Source: Candidatus Freyarchaeum deiterrae
GTDB lineage: Archaea > Asgardarchaeota > Jordiarchaeia > Jordiarchaeales > Jordiarchaeaceae
Direction of reading: 5' to 3'
Assembly (NCBI GenBank): GCA_037305845.1
Contig: CP147778.1
Location: forward strand, 2,048,001 to 2,112,000
DNA: 64,000 bases
This document shows, in pieces, positions 38,933 through 48,912 of this stretch; position 1 is the stretch's first letter, and each line of letters begins with the position of its first letter. The position numbers were made by a program, and so were the translations under genes. The notes under the pieces were generated by a model that was not told where the DNA came from, ran no database searches, and worked only from the letters and a program-made list of their open reading frames with translations.

Positions 38933-39766
38933 TCACCGAGCCTTTTCAAGAGCGTGTATCATTGCTGAACACACTCGGGCTCCTGTTCTCTTGCGAACAT
39001 AGTTTTTGTATAATGTTTTTAAAAACATATTTTTACTGACTTCGTCAACCTGAAAATCGAACGAATATTTAATGTCAAACAGAATTAGACCGTACGGATC
39101 CGCTGGATTCACTCCACCTCTCGGTTTATAATCCGGATCTAACAAATCAATGAGGTATTGTAATGGTTTTTCACCCGAGCCAATTTCACGGAGTGTAGTA
39201 ACCGTTTTGCGTATCATTTTCCAAAGGAATCCTTTGGATGTAAAAGTGAAAATTAGTAGCTCGCCTTCCTTTTCAATTTTTGATTCGTAAAGTGTTCTGA
39301 TAGTTCTTTCGTTTGGTTTTGGAGTGCACAGGTTCTTGAAATTATGAGTTCCTTTTAGTAGGGAGGCGGCTTTCTTCAATGCTCTTAGATTTTCTCTTTC
39401 ATAAACGGCATAATATTTGTAGGTGCGGCGTATGGCATCTCTTCGGGGATTGAACTCTTCTGGGACTTGGGAGTAAGCCCAGCAGCGTATATCCTCTGGG
39501 AGATTGGTGTTTAGGGCGGGTAGAATTATCTTTTCCTGGGTGTTGAATGCTATTGTCTGGCTAAGGGCGTTTACACCCTGATCTGTACGCCCCGCGTTAT
39601 TGTAATTTGATGCTTCGGAGCTGCTAATCCAACCTATTTTCTCTAAAGTTTCGATTAGTACTCCCTCAATAGTTTTCATATTGGGCTGTCTTTGGAAACC
39701 GTAGTAATTTTCACCGATATACGCCAGCCTAACCGCGTATCGCAATTGATTCTCGTCTCCTAGCAT
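38933..39766 (-). CDS. truA: tRNA pseudouridine(38-40) synthase
   Basis: AYIGENYYGFQRQP, AGRTDQGVNA, GTHNFKN and GFLWKMIRK motifs. Confidence 0.93.
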   Translation of the reverse strand: MLGDENQLRYAVRLAYIGENYYGFQRQPNMKTIEGVLIETLEKIGWISSSEASNYNNAGRTDQGVNALSQTIAFNTQEKIILPALNTNLPEDIRCWAYSQVPEEFNPRRDAIRRTYKYYAVYERENLRALKKAASLLKGTHNFKNLCTPKPNERTIRTLYESKIEKEGELLIFTFTSKGFLWKMIRKTVTTLREIGSGEKPLQYLIDLLDPDYKPRGGVNPADPYGLILFDIKYSFDFQVDEVSKNMFLKTLYKNYVRKRTGARVCSAMIHALEKAR

Positions 39767-39829
39767 TATGAATTTAAAACAAGATAAAACTTATTCAGAT
39801 TCCATTTTCTAGAATTCCTTTTTACCAAC

Positions 39830-40621
39830 TCAAATTTTAATATGAATAGATATTTTCTCCGGATTTTCTATATTCTTTAGAGTTGATAGCATTCCTCGGA
39901 TTGTCCCGCTGATAATTCTTTGTACGAAAGGATTAATCACAACCTTTCCCCCATTAACGTACAATACGGTTTGAGCCGCGTTTTGGGGGCATGCGGTTAG
40001 ATTAGCTTCGCCTTGTATAAGAGCCTTGGCGTATTCGTCGCAGTTTGGATATCCACACGCCGCACATGTTTTCTTTTCTAATCGGTTAATCACTTCATCC
40101 ACAAATCTGGATAGTACCAAATTAGCTAGCTCGTCTGCTTTTGAGACTACGGGAATATCCGAATGAGCTTCTCTTATCCTTTCTTTTTCTACCTCATTTT
40201 CTGTTATTGCACCAACTACCGCAATGACTAGATTTTCAGTGAAAAGGTCAAAAACTTGGTCTGCGGTTTCCGCCGCAATTATCCGGGGGTATTTTTCTTC
40301 ACGGAATCCTTCCAAAATTATTATGTCTGCGAACGGTGCGACCATATTCAAAGCGCTGTCTAAAGATTTTCCTGGGGTAATTAAAACAAAACTTCTATCC
40401 GTGAGAGCACCACAAACATCAGCTCCAGCTTCCAGATACCTCTCTGTATCCTTGGAGTCTAGTGCACCTTGTGTATCGTATTTCACTTCATACTCATTAT
40501 ATGAGGATGCATGCTTTATGGCAGCTACACGGAAACCTCTTTTCTTGAATTCTTCGATTAAACTAATACTGGTTGAGGTTTTACCCACATGTCTCTGAAA
40601 TCCAACTATTTGGAAAATCAT
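39830..40621 (-). CDS. mobB: Molybdopterin-guanine dinucleotide biosynthesis protein B with C-terminal Fe-S domain
   Basis: VGKTS, VAAIKH, KDT and ILEGFR motifs, plus CAACGYPNC...ACP. Confidence 0.85.
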   Translation of the reverse strand: MIFQIVGFQRHVGKTSTSISLIEEFKKRGFRVAAIKHASSYNEYEVKYDTQGALDSKDTERYLEAGADVCGALTDRSFVLITPGKSLDSALNMVAPFADIIILEGFREEKYPRIIAAETADQVFDLFTENLVIAVVGAITENEVEKERIREAHSDIPVVSKADELANLVLSRFVDEVINRLEKKTCAACGYPNCDEYAKALIQGEANLTACPQNAAQTVLYVNGGKVVINPFVQRIISGTIRGMLSTLKNIENPEKISIHIKI

Positions 40622-40851
40622 ATTATTCCATCCTTTTTATGAGAGATTAAGCATTAATATTAAAAATTATATTGTTGATTATAAACGTAATTAAACTCCT
40701 TACAATTAAAAGGATAACTCTGATTTATTCCATATGAATCGAAGTTTTAGTGTAGAAACTTAAAGGTGATGGCGACTATTGGAATAGTTTTTATTTCTTG
40801 GAGTTTATGGTTTTCTCTAGATTTAGAGATAAACGTGGAGGATGGAACTCT

Positions 40852-41322
40852 TTGAGTATAGATATGGCGGATATCGGCGGGAAAGAAGACGTTATACGCG
40901 TCGCGCACACTAAGGGTACTATCAAACTTAAATCTGAAACAGTTAAGAGGATTAGAGAGAAAACGCTGGGTAAAGGGGATGTTATTACCACTGCTCAGAT
41001 AGCAGGTATTCTAGCAGCTAAAAAAACTCCGGAGTTAATACCCTTGTGCCATCCGATTCCAATAACCAAAATCGATGTACAACTCTCCGTAGGAGAAAGT
41101 GAAGTTACTGTTGAATCTACAGTCCAGTCATTTTCCAAAACAGGAGTGGAGATGGAAGCATTAGTTGCAACCTCGGTGGCTCTTCTTACAGTGTGGGACA
41201 TGGTTAAACCCTACGAAAAAGACCAAGAAGGTCAGTATCCTGACACGAGTATAGAAGAAATTAGAGTAGTGAGAAAAATCAAGTCTCCAACAAAAAAGCA
41301 GTCTAGGGGAGAAAAGCAATGA
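40852..41322 (+). CDS. moaC: Cyclic pyranopterin monophosphate synthase
   Basis: KGDV, AGILAAKKTPELIPLCHP, TGVEMEAL and WDMVKP motifs. Start approximate. Confidence 0.93.
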   Translation: MSIDMADIGGKEDVIRVAHTKGTIKLKSETVKRIREKTLGKGDVITTAQIAGILAAKKTPELIPLCHPIPITKIDVQLSVGESEVTVESTVQSFSKTGVEMEALVATSVALLTVWDMVKPYEKDQEGQYPDTSIEEIRVVRKIKSPTKKQSRGEKQ

Positions 41323-41852
41323 AACCCAAAAGCCACCACGAAAAGCACAGAGTGTCGACCGGGCCTCTCAATATCGGATTAATAATTATTAGTGATACAC
41401 GCTACCGGGAAATTCAAACTGGTACTCAGTGCAGCGACGAAAACGCTGGTATGGTAGAGAATTTGGTAAAAGAGGCAGGTCATAAATTGGTTTCGGTTTC
41501 TTTTGTTCCTGATGAAGCTGAAGATATACTTAAATCGGTTAATGAGTTGATTGAAAAAGGGGTACAGGTGATAATAACCTGTGGAGGAACCGGCCTTTCA
41601 CCAAGAGATATAACTATTGAAACTCTGAGCCCTCTTTTTGAGAAGAGTATAACTGGTTTCGGAGAGCTCTTCAGATTCGAAAGTTATAAAGACATTGGAA
41701 CGGCAGCTATGATAACCAGAGCAGAGGCAGGAACCTACCGTGGAGCCGTGGTTTTTTGTTTACCCGGCTCTCCTAATGCAGTACACACTGCCTGTACCTG
41801 TTTTATTCTTCCCGAGATTGAACATACAATCAACCATATGAAACAGAAATAA
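41319..41852 (+). CDS. moaB: Molybdopterin adenylyltransferase (MoaB/Mog)
   Basis: VPDE, TCGGTGLSPRDITIE, GFGELFR and LPGSPNAV motifs. Confidence 0.92.
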   Translation: MKPKSHHEKHRVSTGPLNIGLIIISDTRYREIQTGTQCSDENAGMVENLVKEAGHKLVSVSFVPDEAEDILKSVNELIEKGVQVIITCGGTGLSPRDITIETLSPLFEKSITGFGELFRFESYKDIGTAAMITRAEAGTYRGAVVFCLPGSPNAVHTACTCFILPEIEHTINHMKQK

Positions 41853-41886
41853 TAGTTTATGAACTTGAACTGGGAGAGAAATTAAC

Positions 41887-43143
41887 TTGAATGCAAAGAG
41901 TGTACGTATGAGAGGTTTTCCAGAATACATCAAAGTTGAAGATGCGTTAACCAAAATTCTAACAAGAATTCAAAGAACAGAGCCTGAAGCAATACCAGTA
42001 ACGGAATCTCTGGGAAGAATCATCTACGATGATATTCATTCCTCGAGGGATATTCCTCACTTCGACAGAGCTGCGATGGACGGCTATGCGGTCATAGCAG
42101 AAGACACCTTCGGATCCAGCCAGCACAAACCCACCAAACTAAAAGTTATAGGAGAAGTGACTGTTGGGAAGCCTCCCAAACTCAAAGTATCCAGAGGAGA
42201 AGCTGCTCAAATAGCCACTGGAGCGCCTGTACCTTCAAAGGCGAATGCTGTAGTAATGGTCGAATACACAAATCCTATCAATAGTGAAATAGAGGTATAC
42301 AGCCCAGTCACTCCCGGTCAAAATGTCTCCAAAATAGGAGAAGATGTAAAAAGGGGTCAGAAGGTAATAAGCAGCGGGAAACAAATAAGGCCTCAAGAGG
42401 AAGCAATGCTTCTACAGTGTGGAATAACCGAAATGAGAGTGGCTAAGAAACCGCAGGTAGCGATAGTCTCTACGGGAAACGAACTCGTGGATATTAACAC
42501 GCCGCCTGAAATAGGACAGGTGGTTGGCACAAATAGTTACGCCCTAGCATCCCTGGTTAGGGTCTATGGTGGAGAGCCCAAAATTCTCGGAATCTATCCC
42601 GACGTACCAGAGGAACTTGAAAAAGCAATAGATGAAGCATCAAAATACGATGCTGGAGTTTTCACAGGCGGCACTTCAGTAGGTAAATATGATTATCTTC
42701 CTAGCCTCCTTGAAAAAAAGGGAGAGCTGGTTTTTCACGGGGTAGCCATGAAACCGGGAAGCCCTGTCGCGTTTTCTTTTATTGAAGATAAGCCAATATT
42801 TAGCCTCCCAGGGTATCCTGCAGCGACCATAATAGCTTTCACAGTTTTCGTCGCGCCCTCGATAAGAAAGATGCTGGGAGCAGGAAAACTAGATCCCCGT
42901 GTATTTGTTGAAGCGAAAATGTCCGGAAAGGTTGCCTCAACACTGGGTAGGCGAGATTTTGTCCGCGTCAAAATTGAGGAAACCGATGAGGGTATCTTGG
43001 CTGTGCCCCTAAGAGCTAGTGGTTCTGGTGTTATGAGTAGCATGGTGGACGCAGATGGGCTTGTGGAGATCCCGGAGAATGTGGAGGGCATAAACGAAGG
43101 GGAACTAGTAAGAGTTGCTCTATTTCCGCACATTGTTGCGTAA
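41887..43143 (+). CDS. moeA: Molybdopterin molybdo/tungstotransferase MoeA (1)
   Basis: PHFDRAAMDGYAV, IATGAP, STGNEL, GGTSVG, MKPG and LPGYP motifs. Confidence 0.93.
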   Translation: MNAKSVRMRGFPEYIKVEDALTKILTRIQRTEPEAIPVTESLGRIIYDDIHSSRDIPHFDRAAMDGYAVIAEDTFGSSQHKPTKLKVIGEVTVGKPPKLKVSRGEAAQIATGAPVPSKANAVVMVEYTNPINSEIEVYSPVTPGQNVSKIGEDVKRGQKVISSGKQIRPQEEAMLLQCGITEMRVAKKPQVAIVSTGNELVDINTPPEIGQVVGTNSYALASLVRVYGGEPKILGIYPDVPEELEKAIDEASKYDAGVFTGGTSVGKYDYLPSLLEKKGELVFHGVAMKPGSPVAFSFIEDKPIFSLPGYPAATIIAFTVFVAPSIRKMLGAGKLDPRVFVEAKMSGKVASTLGRRDFVRVKIEETDEGILAVPLRASGSGVMSSMVDADGLVEIPENVEGINEGELVRVALFPHIVA

Positions 43144-43158
43144 AGGGAGAAATGAAAA

Positions 43159-44394
43159 ATGGGAGAAGAAACACAAAAGAGCTTTTACACCACAACACCC
43201 CTCGAAGAGGTGCTTAGAGAATTATCCAAAATCAGCATAAAAAGAAGAATTGACGAAGTTAGTATAAACGAGGCCTTTGGGCGGGTTCTCTCTGAAGATT
43301 TCTTTTCACCAATTAATGTGCCACATTTCAAAAGAGCCTCAAAGGATGGGTACGCTGTCAAGGCAATTGATACGTTTGGATCGGAAGAAAACGAGCCAAA
43401 AACACTGAAAGTTCTAGGAGAAATAAGAGCGGGAGAAAAAAGTAATCTAGCCACAGAGAAGGGAGGATGTATTAAAATTGCCACAGGAGCTCTCATGCCT
43501 GAAGGTGCGGATGCTGTTGTGATGGTAGAGTTTACCGAGGAGGAAGAAAACCAAGTTCGCATTTACCGCCCCGTCTCTCCAGAGGAAAACGTGATAAAAA
43601 TTGGCGGAGATATAAAAGAAAAACAGAAAGTGCTTGAAAAAGGAACTATCTTAAACATCCAAGACTTGGGGGTGCTCTCAGCAACCGGTGCTACCGAGGT
43701 AAAAGTTTACTCCAAACCATTAGTAACGGTTGCGAGCACAGGAAACGAAATAATAAATCCCGGGGACAATCTGGAACCAGGAAAAATTTATGACATCAAC
43801 TCTATTACGATAACCCAAGCCGTCAGGCAATCAGGGGGAGAGCCTACCTATAGGGGAGTCATTCCTGATGATAAAGATGAATTAGTAAAAGCCATCAAAT
43901 ACTCTCTGGAAAACGCTGACATTGCAGTATTCTCGGGGGGAACTTCAAAGGGTCCCGGTGATACCGTGCCTACCGCACTACATCAAGTGGGTAAACCGGA
44001 CTTTCTAATACACGGAGTTTCAATCAAACCCGGAAAACCAACAGCAGTAGCCGCCTACAACGGGAAACCAGTCTTTATGTTGCCGGGGTATCCTACTTCT
44101 GCGCTTATGGTATACTACATCATTGTAGATCCCCAGATTCGGAGATGGGCGGGTCTACCTCCGAGAAGCAGACCCCGAGTAAAAGCTATAGCTGGACAGA
44201 GAATATACTCAGAACGTGGAAGATTAAACTTACAACCAGTCCGACTTGAAAATGAGAAGGGAGAACTCAGAGCTTATCCGGTTCCCACGGGTTCTGAAGC
44301 CATAACCACACTGGCATCTTCACAGGGATATATAGAGATAAAACCAGAAATTCAATTCATAGAAAAAGGAGAAGAAGTTTTGGTCTATATTTGA
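43159..44394 (+). CDS. moeA: Molybdopterin molybdo/tungstotransferase MoeA (2)
   Basis: PHFKRASKDGYAV, STGNEI, SGGTSKG, IKPGKP and LPGYP motifs. Confidence 0.92.
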   Translation: MGEETQKSFYTTTPLEEVLRELSKISIKRRIDEVSINEAFGRVLSEDFFSPINVPHFKRASKDGYAVKAIDTFGSEENEPKTLKVLGEIRAGEKSNLATEKGGCIKIATGALMPEGADAVVMVEFTEEEENQVRIYRPVSPEENVIKIGGDIKEKQKVLEKGTILNIQDLGVLSATGATEVKVYSKPLVTVASTGNEIINPGDNLEPGKIYDINSITITQAVRQSGGEPTYRGVIPDDKDELVKAIKYSLENADIAVFSGGTSKGPGDTVPTALHQVGKPDFLIHGVSIKPGKPTAVAAYNGKPVFMLPGYPTSALMVYYIIVDPQIRRWAGLPPRSRPRVKAIAGQRIYSERGRLNLQPVRLENEKGELRAYPVPTGSEAITTLASSQGYIEIKPEIQFIEKGEEVLVYI

Positions 44395-44471
44395 TCGTAG
44401 AGGAACTTTTGTAGGTATTTTCAAGAAATATTAAATAATTTATGTTACACGCGTTATAAAATGCAATAAAT

Positions 44472-44606
44472 ATCTGGGAAGATATGATTCACGTATTTCC
44501 TGCATTTGCTGGGTTTGCACCAGAGGGTCGCCAGGCTATTGAGCAAATCGGAGAATTCATACAAAAATTTTTCATAGAGAAGAAAACATCTACAAGGATA
44601 TCCTAA
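44472..44606 (+). pseudogene. C-terminal remnant of an alpha/beta hydrolase (HSL-family esterase)
   Basis: Translates to IWEDMIHVFPAFAGFAPEGRQAIEQIGEFIQKFF..., the catalytic-His segment and last helix of Abhydrolase_3 esterases. An in-frame TAA lies just upstream (44457-44459) and the rest of the gene is absent. Confidence 0.7.
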
Positions 44607-44640
44607 ATGAGCAGAATTTATCTTTGCTTCGATAAGTTAT

Positions 44641-45951
44641 TTAACATTTAAATTTTTCAAGTTCAGGGCTGTTAAGCACTTCTGAGATTATCTTCATGGC
44701 GCAGAACTCCCCGCACATGGTGCAGGATTTTGGTTCCTTAGCTTCCCTCCTTTCATGGAATAACTTTGCTTTTTTAGGATCTAGGGATAACTCGTATTGT
44801 TTTTCCCAGTCTATGGCTATTCTGGCTTGAGCCATTTCGTTATCCCGTTTGGATGCCTTGTTTCCAAGTTTTGCGATGTCTGCTGCGTGAGCTGCTATTT
44901 TTGAGGCGATAACACCTTCTTTAACATCTTCTTCATCAGGGAGACCTAAGTGTTCTGCGGGAGTGACGTAGCAGAGGAAGTCAGCTCCTTCCATAGCTGC
45001 TATAGCGCCTCCGATAGCGCTTGTGATGTGGTCATAACCCGGTGCTAAATCTGTCACCAGGGGGCCTAGCACATAGAACGGTGCACCCTTGCACAAGGCT
45101 TTTTGGATTCGAACATTTGGTCCAATCTGGTTGATTGGCATATGCCCCGGCCCTTCTACCATTACTTGTACCTCTTTTTCTCTTGCTCTCTCCACGAGTT
45201 CACTGATTGTTAAAAGCTCCTGCATCTGGAGCTGGTCGCTTGCATCATTGACACAGCCGGGTCTGAAGCCGTCCCCAAGGCTGAGTGTGAAATCGTACTC
45301 TTTTGCTAGTTCCAGTAAGTATTCGTAGTTGGAGTATAATGGGTTTTCTTGTTCGTTGTGTAGTATCCAAGCGGCGTGGAAGGTTCCTCCCCGGCTTACC
45401 ATGGGTATTATTCTTCTACGCTTGGTCAGAATTTCTACTGTTTTTCTTGTAACGCCCACATGGACTGTCATAAAGTCTACTCCGTCTTCGGCGTGCTTCT
45501 CGATAGCTTTGAACATATCATCCTCGTCCATGTCCACTATTGCTCCCTTTTTTTTGATTGCTTCGATTCCCGCTTGATAAATGGGCACGGTGCCTAGAGG
45601 TACGTCGGTGTTTTCTATTATTGTTCTTCTAATGGCGTTAATGTCTCCTCCAGTGCTTAGGTCCATTATGGTGTCTGCTCCATACTCCACCGCGATCTTG
45701 GCTTTTCTTAATTCATAGTTTGAATCGGTAAAATCTACGGATGAACCAATGTTTGCATTTATCTTTGTACGGAGGCCTTCACCTATTCCAAGCGGCTTAA
45801 CATTCTCCCGCTTAATATTTCTGGTTACGACCACCCTCCCGGATGCAATTAGTTCCAATAATTTTTCCACTGGAATCTCTTCGTTTTCTGAAACTTGTTT
45901 CGCTTCGTCCGTTGCAATTCCTTTTCTGGCTGATTGAATCTGAGTTGTCAA
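44641..45951 (-). CDS. thiC: Phosphomethylpyrimidine synthase
   Basis: TKINANIGSS, DTIMDLSTGG, GTVPIYQ, SRGG, EGPGH, YVTPAEHL and CTMCGEFC motifs. Confidence 0.95.
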   Translation of the reverse strand: MTTQIQSARKGIATDEAKQVSENEEIPVEKLLELIASGRVVVTRNIKRENVKPLGIGEGLRTKINANIGSSVDFTDSNYELRKAKIAVEYGADTIMDLSTGGDINAIRRTIIENTDVPLGTVPIYQAGIEAIKKKGAIVDMDEDDMFKAIEKHAEDGVDFMTVHVGVTRKTVEILTKRRRIIPMVSRGGTFHAAWILHNEQENPLYSNYEYLLELAKEYDFTLSLGDGFRPGCVNDASDQLQMQELLTISELVERAREKEVQVMVEGPGHMPINQIGPNVRIQKALCKGAPFYVLGPLVTDLAPGYDHITSAIGGAIAAMEGADFLCYVTPAEHLGLPDEEDVKEGVIASKIAAHAADIAKLGNKASKRDNEMAQARIAIDWEKQYELSLDPKKAKLFHERREAKEPKSCTMCGEFCAMKIISEVLNSPELEKFKC

Positions 45952-46053
45952 ATGTTTAACACTCCATTAACCATCAAAAAGTAGTTGATTGCTCCAAATT
46001 TTCTGGTTCAAATCTTTACGTAAGTAAATAATTACAAAATTAAAAAGATTTCC

Positions 46054-46074
46054 GATAACAAAGAAACAGTTATC
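46054..46074. promoter_or_regulatory. Palindrome GATAAC-N9-GTTATC upstream of thiC (candidate repressor site)
   Basis: 6-9-6 inverted repeat next to a minus-strand TATA-like TTTTTAA (46040-46046). Confidence 0.4.
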
Positions 46075-46316
46075 AAATGTAAAAAATATTACTTTTCACC
46101 AGAAATTTTGGAAGTAAAAAAGCGTTTGAAAATTACAGGGATTGAAGAAGCTCTAGAAAGAAGAGCGATGAGCTTTTAAATGTTTCAGTCTACAACTAAA
46201 AGGAACCCTAAATTTTATTGTGGAAATTCGAGGCGGTCAGCAAACATTTTTAAGTAAAAGGATAGTTTAAAGAATTATAATCGAGTGTTATTCCCAGTTA
46301 TCTGGAGTTGAAATGT

Positions 46317-46607
46317 ATGTCTGAACGTCAACCGTTACAAATTCTCCTAAAAGCAATTAATAACGTGGTCCAGGTTAAACTAAAAGATGGTAAAATATTC
46401 AAAGGTAGACTGTCTCATTGCGACTCCTATATGAACCTGTGTCTTACGAGCGCCGAGGAACTGGATGGCGATGACCCAGTAGCTAGATATGGTGAAGTTT
46501 TTATACGCGGTAATAATATTCTATTCATTAAACCAGACGCCGAGGCTCTCGATTTCTCAGAAACAGAACCTAGAGAAAAGGCAAGAGAGACCAAAGGTAA
46601 AAAGTAA
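46317..46607 (+). CDS. Sm-like archaeal protein (Lsm/SmAP)
   Basis: VKLKDG..FKGRL..CDSYMNLCL (Sm1) and YGEVFIRGNNILFI (Sm2); charged C-terminal tail. Confidence 0.92.
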   Translation: MSERQPLQILLKAINNVVQVKLKDGKIFKGRLSHCDSYMNLCLTSAEELDGDDPVARYGEVFIRGNNILFIKPDAEALDFSETEPREKARETKGKK

Positions 46608-46678
46608 AAACAGAAGATTATTACACCTTTATGGATAGAATTACTTCGTCATGTTTTGCTTGCAGCTGGGGAGGGACG

Positions 46679-48760
46679 TTAATGATCTTCTGATAAATCT
46701 CGTTGCCGTTCTTCTCTGTACTGCTTGACAACAGTGTCCAATAATTGCTCTGCTTGAACTTTCTTCTGCTCTTGTGCCGCTTCTCTGTATTTGGCTAGTA
46801 CTCTCTCTAATTCTTCCTTATCTATAACTGCGAATTCATCCACTTGTTTTATGTTGACATCTTCGCAGGGAATAACAGGTATGTCCGCCTCTACAAACCG
46901 TTCTAGCGCAGTGTGCGACATTCCGGAACCGCAGATAACCGCAGAGATTTGTTTCTGTGCAAGAAATTCAGCTGCCTGACGTCCTCCACCTGTGGAATCT
47001 TTGAGGAATATTATATCTCCGGCTTTTATTCCTAGGAGTTCGTCTGCCTTGCGAATTTCTTCTTGTGTGAAGGCCTTCACAGTTTTTAGGGGGTATAAGA
47101 TTCCTCTGGATTCCATAAGCTTCATTCTTCTAAGACCTGATAATTGAAGCCTAGTAGTGGATAATTCATTTTTTAATTTAGCTAATTCGGATTTCAATCT
47201 GGCGTTCTCCTCTTGGTATCTTTTATGCATACGGTCGAGTTTAATTTCAGCAAAATTTTCGGAACGTAGAGTTTCTAGTTTATTATTCAGAGAATTAATC
47301 TCTTCCTTCAAGGTTTGGTTAGTGTTCTGTGATTCTGAAAACAGTTCTTCTAGTCGTTGAATCGTTTCTCTCTGTCTTTTTAATTTCGAGCGGTACTGAT
47401 CTAGTTTTTTCTTAAGTTTATCAGTGACTTCTTCAGGAGGTTCCTCTAATATCGTCGCTTCTTCCGTTTCGTCATCTTCCTCTTCTTCTAAAAATGACAT
47501 TATTGCCTCATTCATTGTAGCCCCTCTGGCAACTGAGGCTTTGACTTGATCTAGAGGAACATCAACATTCATTTCTTTTACATGCGCCTCAACTTGCTCA
47601 AATTTATTTTTGAGAGCTTGGTACGCCTTTATAGCTGAAGCCAAAGCGTCACGCTGGTGTGAATCCCTGACTTTTAGATTCTTTCCCTCCAGAAATTTTC
47701 TAGTAATCTCTCTTTTCTCAGTAACACTCATTGTATGAGAGGGAGAAAATAGTTTGGCGTTAACGGATTTAGCTAATTTTTTTACAAATTCAGGTGGTGG
47801 ATAAACATCTGAGCATATATATACTGGGACACCAAAATTCGAAGTTTCTTTTATAATATCTTTACGGGTTAGTTCCTTTTGGCTGCGGAGAGAGAGCAGG
47901 TTTGCGTTTAGGTCTAAAACGGCTAGACCGCAGGTTACACCGGGATCTATTCCCAGAATCAGGCTCCTCTTGGATACTGGTGTGCTGACTTTTGGAATTA
48001 GAGGTATCCACTCTAATTTGTCAAGAACCACTGGTTCAAACTTAACTTGAATATCACGACTTCTGGTCGGTTTTACAACTCCCTCTAGTTTTGCTCGTTC
48101 GGTATATACAAGAAACTTGGCTTGCTTTAAACCATGTTCAGATTCTTTGATGTAAAGGTCATAATCTATTTTGGCATCGTCCAAGTTATTTTTAATCTTT
48201 TGAGTAATCTGCAAAACGAAAGAATGCAGTCTCCTCCGAAATCTCTCTGAGCTGGAGCCACCAGGTCCTAGAGTTCTACCTCTTGAAACAATAATCTTAG
48301 TTTCGTTCTCAAAAGCGGAAACAATGTAGCCTACTTCCTTGGCAGCGAGTCGTGCACAAACTTCTGCAGCGCCAGTTGGACTCAATTTTGAAGATGTAGT
48401 TAATTCATACCTTGCCGCGATAGCGGCTAGTGGCTCCATCCCCCCTGCTGGTGAACCAGTAACCTGCACCAGCTTCGTACGCGCCGGAAAACGCCTAATA
48501 AGATATATTATCCCCTTTGCATCTGAAGCAAATTCGAAAATATTATCGGAGGCAACAATGTCAGGCTCAATCTCATTAATAGTTTCCAAGAGCTCTCTTA
48601 GGCTAAGCTTTTCAAAGCTTTTATTACCGTTGCTACTTAACAAAAAAGCTGCGTATTTTTGAATTGTAGATAAGGGGGAGCCCATTGGCAAAATGTCTAC
48701 GCCAAGAATAGTGGAATTTGATGAGCTTTTTAACAATTTTAGACCACCGCTCGGATTCAA
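46679..48760 (-). CDS. DUF460 domain protein (RNase H-like domain plus coiled coil, COG2433)
   Basis: ILGVDI, IVASDNIFE, LVQVTG, ILGIDPGVTCGLAVLDL, HQRDALASA, then a long coiled coil. Confidence 0.85.
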   Translation of the reverse strand: MNPSGGLKLLKSSSNSTILGVDILPMGSPLSTIQKYAAFLLSSNGNKSFEKLSLRELLETINEIEPDIVASDNIFEFASDAKGIIYLIRRFPARTKLVQVTGSPAGGMEPLAAIAARYELTTSSKLSPTGAAEVCARLAAKEVGYIVSAFENETKIIVSRGRTLGPGGSSSERFRRRLHSFVLQITQKIKNNLDDAKIDYDLYIKESEHGLKQAKFLVYTERAKLEGVVKPTRSRDIQVKFEPVVLDKLEWIPLIPKVSTPVSKRSLILGIDPGVTCGLAVLDLNANLLSLRSQKELTRKDIIKETSNFGVPVYICSDVYPPPEFVKKLAKSVNAKLFSPSHTMSVTEKREITRKFLEGKNLKVRDSHQRDALASAIKAYQALKNKFEQVEAHVKEMNVDVPLDQVKASVARGATMNEAIMSFLEEEEDDETEEATILEEPPEEVTDKLKKKLDQYRSKLKRQRETIQRLEELFSESQNTNQTLKEEINSLNNKLETLRSENFAEIKLDRMHKRYQEENARLKSELAKLKNELSTTRLQLSGLRRMKLMESRGILYPLKTVKAFTQEEIRKADELLGIKAGDIIFLKDSTGGGRQAAEFLAQKQISAVICGSGMSHTALERFVEADIPVIPCEDVNIKQVDEFAVIDKEELERVLAKYREAAQEQKKVQAEQLLDTVVKQYREERQRDLSEDH

Positions 48761-48912
48761 AATCCAAACACTAAATAACCCTTCCTCAGTTTAACAATTG
48801 GTATCGTGATATTTTTACCTTTATCTTCTGGATAAACGTTTTTTTGATTATATATTTTAAATCCTAAGCTTAAATTCCTCAGGAAAGGTGTTTATGTTAG
48901 CGAAATTACAAA

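Noticed and set aside
45952-46100. TPP riboswitch upstream of thiC
   Set aside because: The leader is AT-rich and lacks the conserved CUGAGA/GAUAA-GCG core.
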